Sequence record: MK524178.1
Direction: 5' to 3' (one strand)
DNA from: Escherichia phage PHB12
Length of the DNA: 64,000 nt
The notes below the pieces were generated by a model. That model worked only from the letters and a program-made list of their open reading frames with translations, was not told the DNA's origin and ran no database searches. Shown here one piece after another: positions 36,546 through 46,686 of the stretch (its first letter is position 1; the number at the start of each line of letters is the position of its first letter). Made by a program: the position numbers and the translations under genes.

Positions 36546-36718
36546 TATCCACATAGTACACCGTACAGAGGCTCATTTGAACTTTTAAATCGAATGGGCT
36601 TGTACGTAATAGTTCCTTCGGCTTTAGCTTTATCATAAGACTCTTTAAAACGTCTCATTCTTTCTGCTTTGCCTTTACGGATTTTATCGAAATTTTCAGA
36701 AGTCGGGATGTTCGTCAT
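36545..36718 (-). CDS. small basic ORF (57 aa)
   Basis: Not in track; MTNIPTSENFDKIRKGKAERMRRFKESYDKAKAEG...; terminator hairpin at its 3' end. Confidence 0.3.
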   Translation of the reverse strand: MTNIPTSENFDKIRKGKAERMRRFKESYDKAKAEGTITYKPIRFKSSNEPLYGVLCG

Positions 36719-36757
36719 GCATAAGCACCTCTCAGAAAATGCCTAAATCGATTTCTC

Positions 36758-36979
36758 TCATCGTTTCCACCATTTCTTAACTTGAAATGAATCAACCCAC
36801 ACGAGTTGTTTTGGGTCTGCCTTTACAATAGGCGGACAAATTTCTGTAATAGAACCGTCGTGATATTCCTTTTCGGAAATTTTAACACAAAGAGGACCAC
36901 CCAATTTAACGGTGAACCCTGCGTTCAGCTTCAGACGTTTAAACTTTGTTTGAACTAGCGCCATTAATGATGTCCTCAA
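36758..36979 (-). CDS. hypothetical protein
   Basis: 73-aa ORF. Confidence 0.35.
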   Translation of the reverse strand: MRTSLMALVQTKFKRLKLNAGFTVKLGGPLCVKISEKEYHDGSITEICPPIVKADPKQLVWVDSFQVKKWWKR

Positions 36980-37262
36980 TAGCCTGACGAGTAGTAACCC
37001 ACTGGATTTTAATTAACTTGTCATTATACGGTTGTCGTAGAATACCCCGAGATTTCTTAATAGCATATTCGTAAGCTTCGAAGTTGTTTTGAATTGCTGC
37101 TTCTTGAGCATGTGCATAAAGACGGTTTAGTTCAAAACGATTCTTTTTAAGAATCTTTTCGGATTTTTTACGTGCTTCAGCTTCATTTTTCTTTTGGATT
37201 TCTTGTAGCATTTTAGCTACTGCATCTTCTGCTTCTTTATTTTCAATAATCTCGGTAGTCAT
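36939..37262 (-). CDS. hypothetical protein
   Basis: 107-aa ORF. Confidence 0.4.
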   Translation of the reverse strand: MTTEIIENKEAEDAVAKMLQEIQKKNEAEARKKSEKILKKNRFELNRLYAHAQEAAIQNNFEAYEYAIKKSRGILRQPYNDKLIKIQWVTTRQAIEDIINGASSNKV

Positions 37263-37263
37263 A

Positions 37264-37479
37264 TTATCTCATTAAATTAAAATAAAAACGTCCGTCCTCT
37301 TCAATGCAGAACTCGTACTCAACCGGAGTCCCATTTATCGAAAATGACACGTCGTGTGGGTTCAAAGGATCGATGTCAAAATTAATTTTAAATTCTCGAC
37401 CCAACAGTTTTACCAAATAAGGGATTGCTTCGTCAAAAGGTTCTTCTAAGTAGTTAGAGATATCAATTGTCATCCTCAT
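37264..37479 (-). CDS. hypothetical protein
   Basis: Start moved to internal [10 protein letters not shown]. Confidence 0.35.
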   Translation of the reverse strand: MRMTIDISNYLEEPFDEAIPYLVKLLGREFKINFDIDPLNPHDVSFSINGTPVEYEFCIEEDGRFYFNLMR

Positions 37480-38020
37480 ATAAAAAATCCAAACTAGGCG
37501 AATCGCTAACAACTTCCTTCTTTTCAGCCCCAGGAGCTTTATAAGCGGATTCTTCATAATGCGTCATTTTATCGTAGATGTCTTGAATAAACGTTTCATC
37601 TACCAACGCTACCATATCATCGTCATGACTGTCGTAGACATTATGAACGAAGTAACTATATTTCTTTGCAACTTCCTTACGTTCTTTTTTGATACGTTGG
37701 ACAAAAGCATTAAAACAAGCTCGAGTTATGTATGCATGTGGGTTATTGTACTTAGTTTCGTCGAAATTATGAAGTCCCTTAATAGAGGCTTCAATCCCAT
37801 CTGCGATCATCTCCTGCTTCCAAGACTGGGTGTATCCTGAAAAGTTGAAACGTTTGGACAGGCCTTCGGCGATAAGCATAATTGCTAAACCGATGGTATC
37901 ATTCTGACGAATAATTTTGTTTGGGTCTTTATTATTTAAGAGCTCCTTTTTCCACTCGATTATAGCGGCGAGAAGCTCTTTATTATTCACATAGTTATTT
38001 TTAGGTTTTTGTTCAGTCAT
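37463..38020 (-). CDS. 55: late-transcription sigma factor
   Basis: 185 aa; [33 protein letters not shown] parallels the T4 gp55 N-terminus. Confidence 0.85.
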   Translation of the reverse strand: MTEQKPKNNYVNNKELLAAIIEWKKELLNNKDPNKIIRQNDTIGLAIMLIAEGLSKRFNFSGYTQSWKQEMIADGIEASIKGLHNFDETKYNNPHAYITRACFNAFVQRIKKERKEVAKKYSYFVHNVYDSHDDDMVALVDETFIQDIYDKMTHYEESAYKAPGAEKKEVVSDSPSLDFLYEDDN

Positions 38021-38175
38021 AAGTACCTCTTAGCTCAATTCATAGGTCTATTATATCATAATATTTAGAGACCTATCTTAAAGCACGAGATACTATCAAA
38101 GATACATAACTTTCATAAAGTTGTTGACTTAAAATTCACCAAACTTTTCTTCAGTTATACTGATTCGAGTTAATT

Positions 38176-38403
38176 TCATTCTAGTTCCTTTGCTGCTTCA
38201 AGAGCAGCATCCAGCGAATCAAATTGGTCAACGAAATCAATATTCAACGCATCGTCAACCGTAGCATATAACCACCATTGTTTGAATTCATATTCTAGGA
38301 TAAATCCAGGCCCTTCAATCTGAGGAAGACCTAGGCTATTTGTACCAACTTCGTAACCAGCTAGACGCAGGTCATTAATCAAAGTTTCTGTTAATACGCT
38401 CAT
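38176..38403 (-). CDS. hypothetical acidic protein
   Basis: 75-aa ORF. Confidence 0.4.
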   Translation of the reverse strand: MSVLTETLINDLRLAGYEVGTNSLGLPQIEGPGFILEYEFKQWWLYATVDDALNIDFVDQFDSLDAALEAAKELE

Positions 38404-38732
38404 TTTACCGCCTTAACAATTTTCAGGTCAACGAATTTTTTCTTACGTTGATTTTTCATACGACGGATAGTCTTTTCAGAGATTTCATGTTTCTGATAAG
38501 CTTTAGATTCAACACCAAATGCAGCAACGTCAAATTCAGAAAGAATATATTGTACTAGAATTTCGCGAATAGAATTACGTCCAATTTTCTGGCCATGTTT
38601 TTGCATGATTTCATAAAGACGGAATTCCCACGCGTCAAGAACTTGAGGAGTAACAATATTGCCGGATTCCAGAAGAGCAACAACTTTATCGAAAGCGAAA
38701 GAATTAACTACGTTTTTGATTTTAGTAGACAT
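38400..38732 (-). CDS. hypothetical protein
   Basis: Start at MSTKIKNVVN with RBS GAGGAAA. Confidence 0.4.
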   Translation of the reverse strand: MSTKIKNVVNSFAFDKVVALLESGNIVTPQVLDAWEFRLYEIMQKHGQKIGRNSIREILVQYILSEFDVAAFGVESKAYQKHEISEKTIRRMKNQRKKKFVDLKIVKAVK

Positions 38733-38797
38733 ATTATTTTCCTCGGTTATTTTATTATCCAACTAGAGAATTATACTCATCTCTCAAGAGTTGTATA

Positions 38798-39037
38798 TTA
38801 TTTTTTAAGCATGAAAAGTAAGTAATTTGTATCACGTGGAGTGATATCAACACCCATATCAAAGATGCCTTTATAGATTGGGTATTTGTTTTCGGTTGTA
38901 TCGAAGCTGAAACTATTTCCATCACAACTAACAGTAATAGCATCTGTTAAAATGTCATACTCAATCCTAACAATTGAATCCCCAATTTTAACGTCGAGGT
39001 GTTTTTTGAATTTGATAAAATCTAATTCTTGGGCCAT
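38798..39037 (-). CDS. hypothetical protein
   Basis: 79-aa ORF. Confidence 0.4.
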   Translation of the reverse strand: MAQELDFIKFKKHLDVKIGDSIVRIEYDILTDAITVSCDGNSFSFDTTENKYPIYKGIFDMGVDITPRDTNYLLFMLKK

Positions 39038-39100
39038 GATATTTTCCTCATTTTAAGACGATAGGAAGATAATAACATGTCTTCCTATCGTTGTACATTA

Positions 39101-39301
39101 TTAACCGAACTTTTTAGCGCCTTTCCAGCCTTCGTACATAACTGCACAAGTCAGTAGTACAGCGTGCTGGAATTCTTTGTATTTGTAAATCCAGAACCAA
39201 CGTAAGAAGTCTTCATCCTCAACGCCGTTGAGTTTCATATTGGCAAAGAATTCTGCACGTTCTTCACGAAGTTGCCATGACACAATATTTTCAGGATTCA
39301 T
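39101..39301 (-). CDS. hypothetical protein
   Basis: 66-aa ORF. Confidence 0.35.
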   Translation of the reverse strand: MNPENIVSWQLREERAEFFANMKLNGVEDEDFLRWFWIYKYKEFQHAVLLTCAVMYEGWKGAKKFG

Positions 39302-39440
39302 TTAAATTTTCCAGTTACCGTTTTCATCAATAAATTTAATCCAGTCATTTACTGACCACTTAGTTGTATCGCCTTTTGGAGCAGAATTTAAAGTGTAGAA
39401 CCCTTGCTTAAAAAGCCAGCGTTTGATATTCATAATTTCC

Positions 39441-39734
39441 TCAACTGTAACGATAACATTCGTTAGCTTTACGTTTGGCTTCAGTATGAGAAGTATTATA
39501 ATCATAATCTTCTTTACTGTAAACATCTTTTTTCAACTTACGAACTTCTTTGCGGAGTTGTCGATTCATTTCGTTCTTGACTTCAGAATCAACACCTTTC
39601 ATACGTTTCCATTTATCTGAGCGGAAGATGTTTTCAACCATGTCTTTGTGGCTAACACCGTCAGGAGCTTTACGCTTACCAAAATAGTCGTAATCGCGAA
39701 CTTTCAAATCTTTACGACGATATGTTTTACCCAT
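39441..39734 (-). CDS. small highly basic protein (possible nucleic-acid binder)
   Basis: Start at MGKTYRRKDLK; Lys/Arg-rich throughout. Confidence 0.4.
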   Translation of the reverse strand: MGKTYRRKDLKVRDYDYFGKRKAPDGVSHKDMVENIFRSDKWKRMKGVDSEVKNEMNRQLRKEVRKLKKDVYSKEDYDYNTSHTEAKRKANECYRYS

Positions 39735-39741
39735 AAGTACC

Positions 39742-39990
39742 TCAGAGGTTGATTGATACAATGCGTTTGATAAAATTCACTTCACTTACTGAAAGGTCTT
39801 TAAGACCGATTGATTCTAAACGCTGAGTAAGCGTCAACATTGGGATATAGTCCCAATGAGTTTTATTTGCTTGATAAGTACGAACGCCATTAGCAATTTC
39901 AACATGCAAATCGGAAATGGTAATGAATACCGGATGCTCGTCATTAACTTTAAGGGTTAGAACAACCTTCTTTGAATCTAAACTAATCAT
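39742..39990 (-). CDS. hypothetical protein
   Basis: 82-aa ORF. Confidence 0.4.
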   Translation of the reverse strand: MISLDSKKVVLTLKVNDEHPVFITISDLHVEIANGVRTYQANKTHWDYIPMLTLTQRLESIGLKDLSVSEVNFIKRIVSINL

Positions 39991-40169
39991 GGCTTAATTT
40001 CCTTCGCAATTGAACAGAAGATACTACGGTCACAAAGCATTTCACCAATTTCTGGATATTTGATTGAACGGTACCAAACATCCAGGCTTGAAACTCCGGT
40101 TATCTGTACTGCGTTACCGTTGACAGAATAGTACTGGTCAACCTTAATTTCTTTATCTTCAATTGTCAT
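39987..40169 (-). CDS. hypothetical protein
   Basis: Start moved to MTIEDKEIKV after AGGAAA. Confidence 0.3.
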   Translation of the reverse strand: MTIEDKEIKVDQYYSVNGNAVQITGVSSLDVWYRSIKYPEIGEMLCDRSIFCSIAKEIKP

Positions 40170-40335
40170 TTTGTTTTCCTCTATAGCAGTTGGTTTAATC
40201 TTAACACATCTATCGAGGATGTAAACTGTTTTATGAAAAATATTTTTGATTTGAGAGGGGCACAAGGAGATAGTGAAGTGAAGATTCCAATGGATTATAT
40301 TAGAAATGAGATAAAGAAGACCAGGCGGCACCTGG

Positions 40336-40659
40336 TCAATCTTCTATGATATCAGAGTCGTATCCTAATGAAATCAAGGACTTTTTAAACTCTGCAATAT
40401 TCTTTTGTTTCTTATCATTTAAAAATATGACAGGATAACGAATATTAAGTGAAGTGAATCCTGCACGTTTAGCAAGAGATACAATTAAAGGACGGTCGTA
40501 TTCAATCTTACCATTATTAGTGAGGACTTTATAAAATGTATAAGGAGCATTGAGCTCCTTTAAAAGTTTTGTAACAGTATAACATCCCGGACAACGTCCT
40601 ACTTCTTCAGGGATGCCATAGATTTCAATCTTGTTCTTTAAGTTCGAGTTTTGTTCCAC
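40336..40659 (-). CDS. thioredoxin/glutaredoxin-fold protein with CPGC motif (NrdH-like)
   Basis: IEIYGIPEEVGRCPGCYTV...YPVIFLND; start uncertain (GTG at 40659 after AAGGAA). Confidence 0.4.
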   Translation of the reverse strand: MEQNSNLKNKIEIYGIPEEVGRCPGCYTVTKLLKELNAPYTFYKVLTNNGKIEYDRPLIVSLAKRAGFTSLNIRYPVIFLNDKKQKNIAEFKKSLISLGYDSDIIED

Positions 40660-40942
40660 GAGAAATAATTCCTTGGTAAGCCCAATAAGGAGGATTAACA
40701 GAATCCTCACCCGAGTTTTCTTCAGGAAAATAAACCTGGATAACGAAGCCGGATTCATCAAATGTAAAATAAACTGTAGGCAGTTCACCTAACAATTCGG
40801 CACGAGCATTAATTTCTTCGAGATCTCGTTCACGTCCAGCCCAAAAACTAGGATTTAGATTACATTCGTAAAAATAATAGTCATTACCGAACATATCAAA
40901 CCCATTCCAACTCTCTACCACGTACCGCTCAAAACTAATCAT
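40625..40942 (-). CDS. hypothetical protein
   Basis: 105-aa ORF. Confidence 0.4.
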   Translation of the reverse strand: MISFERYVVESWNGFDMFGNDYYFYECNLNPSFWAGRERDLEEINARAELLGELPTVYFTFDESGFVIQVYFPEENSGEDSVNPPYWAYQGIISRGTKLELKEQD

Positions 40943-40944
40943 AA

Positions 40945-41160
40945 TTAAGCCTTTTTATCAAGAACAGAATTCAGTTTGTTAGTAATTTTGTCCAAACGTT
41001 CATTGAATTCGCTGGAGGATAATCCCTTTTCCGGAGAAATTAAACTAATCACGAAAAATACAACAGTAAAAGGAATAAGAAAAATAGCTCCAACTGCCAT
41101 AAACAGAAAGAATGTTACAGTTGTAAGAAAATCAGCTAAACCTTTACGAAATTTATACAT
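40945..41160 (-). CDS. small membrane protein
   Basis: 71 aa with central hydrophobic helix. Confidence 0.4.
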   Translation of the reverse strand: MYKFRKGLADFLTTVTFFLFMAVGAIFLIPFTVVFFVISLISPEKGLSSSEFNERLDKITNKLNSVLDKKA

Positions 41161-41274
41161 ATTTTACCCTAATTGATTAACCAAGCATTGATAAGCACTA
41201 AACTATACTGCGAATAAAATTCTGGACCAAAATGAAAAATCATATCATTTATAGTATCCATAATATAATTCAAT

Positions 41275-41745
41275 TTAATCATGTTTCCACACCCCATCGG
41301 TATTTGACCAAAGTCGCTGATTATCTGATCCTCGCCACAGTTTTTTGGTCGGAAAATTTTTCTCATACTTCCCATCAATAATAACATCAACATATTTAAG
41401 CATTTCTAGTTGTTTAATATCTTCAAACTTATATCCTGTCCACAACCAAATGCTTTTATTGGGATAAAGATTTTTTACTGTTTGAGCAATGCAATGAACA
41501 ACATCTCTGTTATCAGGATAGAGAGGGTCTCCTCCAGTTATAGTTAATCCTTCTATATAATCATTATTCAAACATTCAATTAATTGTTCTAGCGTTTCAT
41601 CCGTGAATGGAATACCATTTCTAGCATTCCATGTTGATTTATTATAACACCCTTCACATTTATGCAAACAACCTGTAACGAAAAGAACGACCCTGCATCC
41701 AGGGCCATTCACAAAATCGCAGGGATAAAATCTATCATAATTCAT
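41275..41745 (-). CDS. nrdG: anaerobic ribonucleotide reductase activating protein (radical SAM)
   Basis: 156 aa; CLHKCEGC (C-x3-C-x2-C) near N-terminus. Confidence 0.9.
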   Translation of the reverse strand: MNYDRFYPCDFVNGPGCRVVLFVTGCLHKCEGCYNKSTWNARNGIPFTDETLEQLIECLNNDYIEGLTITGGDPLYPDNRDVVHCIAQTVKNLYPNKSIWLWTGYKFEDIKQLEMLKYVDVIIDGKYEKNFPTKKLWRGSDNQRLWSNTDGVWKHD

Positions 41746-43559
41746 TGGTGTTTAACCCTATGCATGATTTCTTTATTTTTACCGAGATTAAATCCGCGTT
41801 CGTTCGGATTTCCAAGATAACCGCATGTTCTTCTTATGGTGTTCATCTTTTTAGGATCAGTTTCTCCACAAACTGAACAAACAAATCCGTTTTCAGTAGG
41901 AGTCATTTCATGGGTACTTCCGCATGTAAAACATTTATCTACTGGCATGTTAACACCAAAATAATCTAAATGTTGCGCAGCATAATCCCATACGGCCTCA
42001 AGTCCTTTTAAGTTATTTTTCATATCAGGAAGTTCAACATAAGAAATGTGTCCGCCGGTCGCAATGAAATGATATGGTGCTTCGCGAGAAATCTTTTCAA
42101 ACGGAGTAATATTTTCTTCTACCGAAACGTGGAAACTATTAGTGTACCAGCCTTTATCAGTAACATCTTTTACACTTCCATATTTCTCAGTATCAAGTTT
42201 ACAGAAGCGATAGCACAGGTTTTCAGCGGGTGTAGAATACAAGCTAAAAGCAAAACCAGTTCTTTCGGTCCACTGCTTAAGACGAGCATTCATTTTAGTT
42301 AAAATTTCTTGTCCAATATCACGACCGACAAGAATATTCAATTCGTGAATACCAATGTATCCTAAGGACACCGAACTTCTACCGTTTTTAAATAACTCAA
42401 TTATATCATCGTCAGGTTTCAGACGAACCCCAAATGCACCTTCTTGGTAAAGAATAGGAGCAACTGTTGCTTTAACTCCTTTTAATGAACTAATTCTACA
42501 CATCAATGCTTCAAAACACAGATCCATTCGTTCATTAAATAGCTCAACAAATTTCTGTTCATTGAATTGTGTTCCAATATAAGAATCTAACGCAATACGA
42601 GGAAGATTCAGTGTTACAACACCAAGATTATTACGTCCATCAAGAATTTCATTACCAGTCGAATCTTTCCATACACTCAAGAAACTACGACAACCCATTG
42701 GAGAAACAGGAATAGATGAACCAGTGATAGCTTTATTGTTCTTAACTGAAATAATATCAGGATACATTCTTTTGCTTGCACACTCTAGAGCAAGCTGCTT
42801 AATATCATAGTTCGGGTCGTCTTTATAAAGATTGACACCCTCTTCAACGAACATAACAAGTTTAGGGAAAATAGGAGTTATTCCATCACGACCAAGGCCT
42901 TTAATGCGGTTTTTAAGAATTGCCTTCTGAATCATTCGTTCAGTCCAATCGGTTCCCGTACCAAATGTAATTGTTACAAAAGGCGTTTGTCCGTTTGAAC
43001 TAAAGAGAGTATTTACTTCATATTCATAAGCTTGGAATGCATCGTATACGTCTTTTTCTGTTTTAGATTGGGCATAATTCAACGCATCAGCGATTTGCCA
43101 TTTTTCTGCATCCTCAATATGTTTTGCATAGGTGCGTTTAACATAAGGAGAAAGTACTTTATCTACATTCGCAAAAGTCGTTCCGCCATATTGATGGGAA
43201 GCGACCTGTGCAGTAATTTGTGCCATAATTGCAGTAGCAACACCGATCGATTTAGGCGTTTCAATTTGAGCATTACCTAGCTTAAATCCGTTCTCAAGCA
43301 TTCCTTTTAAATCTACTAAACAGCAATTAGTAAACGGAAGAGCAGGAGAATAATCAATATCATGGAAATGGATAATTCCGCTTTCATGTGCTTTCATAAT
43401 AAAAGACGGGACCATATTTTTGGCAATGTGCTTAGACACAATACCAGCCATAAGGTCCCGTTGAGTTGGAAAAACACGAGAATCTTTATTAGCATTCTCG
43501 TTCAAAAGATCTTTATTAGTTTTATGAATTAATCCTTCAATTTCTTTTTCAATTTTCAT
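41742..43559 (-). CDS. nrdD: anaerobic ribonucleotide reductase (glycyl radical enzyme), uninterrupted
   Basis: 605 aa; C-terminal Zn cysteines and glycyl-radical motif RTCGYLG; continuous frame, no intron. Confidence 0.95.
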   Translation of the reverse strand: MKIEKEIEGLIHKTNKDLLNENANKDSRVFPTQRDLMAGIVSKHIAKNMVPSFIMKAHESGIIHFHDIDYSPALPFTNCCLVDLKGMLENGFKLGNAQIETPKSIGVATAIMAQITAQVASHQYGGTTFANVDKVLSPYVKRTYAKHIEDAEKWQIADALNYAQSKTEKDVYDAFQAYEYEVNTLFSSNGQTPFVTITFGTGTDWTERMIQKAILKNRIKGLGRDGITPIFPKLVMFVEEGVNLYKDDPNYDIKQLALECASKRMYPDIISVKNNKAITGSSIPVSPMGCRSFLSVWKDSTGNEILDGRNNLGVVTLNLPRIALDSYIGTQFNEQKFVELFNERMDLCFEALMCRISSLKGVKATVAPILYQEGAFGVRLKPDDDIIELFKNGRSSVSLGYIGIHELNILVGRDIGQEILTKMNARLKQWTERTGFAFSLYSTPAENLCYRFCKLDTEKYGSVKDVTDKGWYTNSFHVSVEENITPFEKISREAPYHFIATGGHISYVELPDMKNNLKGLEAVWDYAAQHLDYFGVNMPVDKCFTCGSTHEMTPTENGFVCSVCGETDPKKMNTIRRTCGYLGNPNERGFNLGKNKEIMHRVKHQ

Positions 43560-44029
43560 TTTAAACTCTTTCTAAGCTGCTTTTTGAATGAAGCTATTAA
43601 TTGTGTTTTGGTATCAGATTCATTATATTCAAATCCTCTTTGAAGCATCTCAGCCATCATTTCCTCTTTACCTAGTCTTGAGAACTCTTTAGTTTTGTCT
43701 GGAACAAAATTAGGATGGATATTATTATCAGAATAATCTTGTTTCAAATAAGCAAGAAGAGCTTCAAGCCATTCTAAGTAGTCAACGTTTTGTCCTTTCA
43801 AACCGGAACGGTTGAACTTATGCTTCATTTGGCCTTCTGCTGCGTTGCACAGATTACAGAGTAACCCACGAACTCTACCTGCTTTTGGCCCGTTTAATTC
43901 GTGGTCGTGGTCAAGATGGTTACCTTGAACATCAGGGTCTAATTCACGGTGGCAAATAGGACACTTACCATTCTGTGCATCATAAAATTTTTGTTTTTCT
44001 TCTTTATATTTTGCGCCTGATAATAACAT
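43556..44029 (-). CDS. 49: endonuclease VII (Holliday junction resolvase)
   Basis: 157 aa; CPICHREL, HLDHDHE, CNLCN motifs; TATAAATA late promoter upstream. Confidence 0.85.
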   Translation of the reverse strand: MLLSGAKYKEEKQKFYDAQNGKCPICHRELDPDVQGNHLDHDHELNGPKAGRVRGLLCNLCNAAEGQMKHKFNRSGLKGQNVDYLEWLEALLAYLKQDYSDNNIHPNFVPDKTKEFSRLGKEEMMAEMLQRGFEYNESDTKTQLIASFKKQLRKSLK

Positions 44030-44058
44030 GATAAACCCTTACCTTAAATAGATAAGGG

Positions 44059-44066
44059 TATTTATA
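44059..44066 (-). promoter_or_regulatory. late promoter TATAAATA upstream of gene 49
   Basis: Exact TATAAATA on minus strand about 30 nt before the ATG. Confidence 0.55.
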
Positions 44067-44068
44067 AT

Positions 44069-44239
44069 TTAGTAAACGTTATAAAAGTTACGATGAGAAC
44101 GTTTAGCTTTGCGAAGCTGACGTTTAGTAGGACGAACTGTAAATGGTTGTCCAGAGAAAAAATTCGGATCGGTTTTAATAAGCAAATACCAATCATGCTT
44201 GCCATTTTTTAATAAACGGTACAATAATTTAACTTGCAT
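44069..44239 (-). CDS. small basic protein
   Basis: Start at MQVKLLYRLL. Confidence 0.3.
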   Translation of the reverse strand: MQVKLLYRLLKNGKHDWYLLIKTDPNFFSGQPFTVRPTKRQLRKAKRSHRNFYNVY

Positions 44240-44367
44240 AATAATCTCTTCCCATTTCCATATCAATTAATTCATTTATTGAAGGCTCATCATAACATGT
44301 TTCTTCGTCGTTGTAAACTGTTTCGACGTCTGGCTCAACAGTCTCCCATCGAGCCGAATACCACGGT

Positions 44368-44703
44368 TTAACCGCGGAGCTTATTGAGCTCTTCATAATA
44401 AATCCAGGATTCTAGCCCAGACGGCAAATCAGATTCAACATTCCACAGAAGCTCTTCGATGGCTTGTAGGCGATTATATTCTTCAACAGTAATAGTAACC
44501 ATTGTTTCAGGCTTTTTAACCATCATGTCATTCATCAGAATGTACAGGTCTTCACAAACAGCCGGGTCGTCCCATGTCCATATTTCAGCATCTCGAACCA
44601 ATGAAGTCGGAATCGAATTTAAAACTTCAAGCTTAGTAGGAGCGTCAGGGCCGAGAAGAGTTGCTACAAATTTATATGCTTTGGCGAAATCAATATCGTT
44701 CAT
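44368..44703 (-). CDS. hypothetical protein
   Basis: 111-aa ORF. Confidence 0.4.
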   Translation of the reverse strand: MNDIDFAKAYKFVATLLGPDAPTKLEVLNSIPTSLVRDAEIWTWDDPAVCEDLYILMNDMMVKKPETMVTITVEEYNRLQAIEELLWNVESDLPSGLESWIYYEELNKLRG

Positions 44704-44963
44704 TTAAAATATTCTCGCAGTTGGTCGAATCCACCAATATGACTTCCGTCAGGAGCAAACACTTGAGGCATAGTCAATCCGACTTGTGATTCACGTCCAA
44801 GCTTAACCAGAAGCTCAGCAATTTTCTCATCATCAAAAACACCCTTTTCTGGCATAACATTAATGAATTCGAATGGCTGTTTCTTAACAGTCAGCAATCG
44901 TTTCGCATTATCGCAATAAATGCATTTATGAATAGTAGAGTCGTACCCGTACACTTTAAACAT
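44700..44963 (-). CDS. nrdC: thioredoxin (glutaredoxin-like)
   Basis: MFKVYGYDSTIHKCIYCDNAKRLL...FAPDGSHIGGFDQLREYFK matches T4 NrdC. Confidence 0.85.
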   Translation of the reverse strand: MFKVYGYDSTIHKCIYCDNAKRLLTVKKQPFEFINVMPEKGVFDDEKIAELLVKLGRESQVGLTMPQVFAPDGSHIGGFDQLREYFK

Positions 44964-45369
44964 TATTTTTCCTTTCATCAATTAAATATGCAACGCCAAA
45001 TACAATACATGTAATAAAACCTGTGATACAGATAGAAACCAACAACACTGTACCAAAGAACCAAATCAAGTTATCTTTAGTAGTTTGTTTGATATCCATC
45101 TCACGAATTTCTATAGCTATCGTATCACCTTTATTCAGAAGCGTATAAAACGATGGCGATACACGCCTGTCAAAAACTCGACCTTGTTCATCTTTATAAA
45201 CTGCAATAAATTCCAATTTAGAATATTTTCCTGTAGATTGTCCTGAAATTAATTCCACTACCTCTACAGGAATTACTTTAGTTTCCATGTAAGTATTCTG
45301 GCTGTTCCAAATGAATGGAATGATGGCAAAAACTAAAGCTGCAATAAAACAACGAAGGCTATATCTCAT
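44956..45369 (-). CDS. membrane protein
   Basis: 137 aa with N- and C-terminal hydrophobic helices. Confidence 0.4.
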   Translation of the reverse strand: MRYSLRCFIAALVFAIIPFIWNSQNTYMETKVIPVEVVELISGQSTGKYSKLEFIAVYKDEQGRVFDRRVSPSFYTLLNKGDTIAIEIREMDIKQTTKDNLIWFFGTVLLVSICITGFITCIVFGVAYLIDERKNNV

Positions 45370-45674
45370 TATAATGTTCTCTCAAATTTGTGGAAGCATT
45401 TACGGCATTTCAATTTCAAGTTATCAGTGGTCCAGTTAACCAGTTGGACTTGGATAGTTCCACATTCCGGGCATGGATGTTTTGCTGCCGATTTGGCAGC
45501 ATTTTCACGTCGTTCAACCATTTTCATTATTTCGTTCCATGCCGGAGGAACGAACTCTTCTTCACCGTGGATTTTATCTCGCTGAACAAATTCAATCTTT
45601 GAACTATCGTCAATAAACTTAACCAAGCCATGATTAGTGCTCATATCAATATCCTCTAAAAGACGTAGTTTCAT
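45369..45674 (-). CDS. zinc-ribbon protein
   Basis: 101 aa; CPECG...CRKC. Confidence 0.4.
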   Translation of the reverse strand: MKLRLLEDIDMSTNHGLVKFIDDSSKIEFVQRDKIHGEEEFVPPAWNEIMKMVERRENAAKSAAKHPCPECGTIQVQLVNWTTDNLKLKCRKCFHKFERTL

Positions 45675-46624
45675 TATAAAACCTCAATAGCATTTCGTAA
45701 ACCATCAGCTTTTGCATTCAGAGCTTTTAATGATTTAGTTTGTTCTGCAATCTGGGCTTCGACTTCTTTCAGACGAGATTTGAGATATTCGCGTTCTTCT
45801 CTTAAATTATCAACTTTTTCTACTTTAGTCTCTTTAATAGGCTTAGGTTTATACTCGTTAGGGTTCTTCAACTTAATTTGAATGCGAGAACTGTATAACA
45901 TTGAACCATTATCTTCAGTTTCATCATACATTTCTACCACGTCCATAGTCTGTAACATCATACGAAGTTTATAAGACAGCGAACGAACGGTTTTGTTGCG
46001 CTTATTAATTTCTTCGGCTTTCATGGTACCGAGATTACGTGAGTAGTAATAAGGAACCTGGATATCAATTGATAACGATGCAGCGCCATTACCGGTTGGT
46101 TTGAATACTGCAGTAACCCAATCTTTAACATGAACTTTATTTGTACGACCATCACCGCCTGTGAATAATTTACGTGAATGTTTAAAAAGCATATTCACTT
46201 GGTTATTGAATTCACAAGCAAATTTATCAGCAAATTTAGTTTCAGGAATGGTAGATAACCAATCAGCCAAATGAGTCTTTTTAACATCGTTAATAATAGT
46301 AAATTCAACCAAATCAGTTTTAGATGTCACAGATTTAATAAAGCTCGGCTTCATAAAGTTTTTAATGTTATCTCGAGCTACAGTAGAAGATAATAAACGA
46401 GAACGTTTGAACCATTGAAGCAGTGTCCCTAATGAATGAGAATACGCATTCTGAGTATCTTTACAGATATGATTTTCTTGGCCTGTGTATGTACCAAAAT
46501 CGCGAAGAATGCCACTTACTACAACTCGGTGTGGAACATCAAATCCTAATAAACCAGAAGCACGTTGGGCATGAACGTTAGCGATAAGACCTGCAAAATA
46601 ATCAACATAATGTGAACGTGTCAT
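45674..46624 (-). CDS. hypothetical protein with C-terminal coiled coil
   Basis: 316 aa; identical early promoter copy upstream. Confidence 0.5.
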   Translation of the reverse strand: MTRSHYVDYFAGLIANVHAQRASGLLGFDVPHRVVVSGILRDFGTYTGQENHICKDTQNAYSHSLGTLLQWFKRSRLLSSTVARDNIKNFMKPSFIKSVTSKTDLVEFTIINDVKKTHLADWLSTIPETKFADKFACEFNNQVNMLFKHSRKLFTGGDGRTNKVHVKDWVTAVFKPTGNGAASLSIDIQVPYYYSRNLGTMKAEEINKRNKTVRSLSYKLRMMLQTMDVVEMYDETEDNGSMLYSSRIQIKLKNPNEYKPKPIKETKVEKVDNLREEREYLKSRLKEVEAQIAEQTKSLKALNAKADGLRNAIEVL

Positions 46625-46652
46625 AATATTTTCCTCTCGTTAAGATAGAAAG

Positions 46653-46682
46653 ATTATACTCCAACCATCCTTGGTTGTAAAC
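46653..46682 (-). promoter_or_regulatory. early promoter (copy of the 6293 element)
   Basis: Same ~45-bp sequence gttaagatagaaagattatactccaaccatccttggttgtaaactg. Confidence 0.55.
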
Positions 46683-46686
46683 TGAT

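Noticed and set aside
41169-41393. 74-aa ORF overlapping the 3' end of nrdG
   Set aside because: Overlaps nrdG by over 100 nt in another frame; only a 38-aa internal-start version would avoid the overlap and has no clear RBS.
41742-43559. Possible group I intron in nrdD as in T4
   Set aside because: The frame is continuous for 605 aa with both the Zn site and glycyl-radical motif, so there is no intron here.
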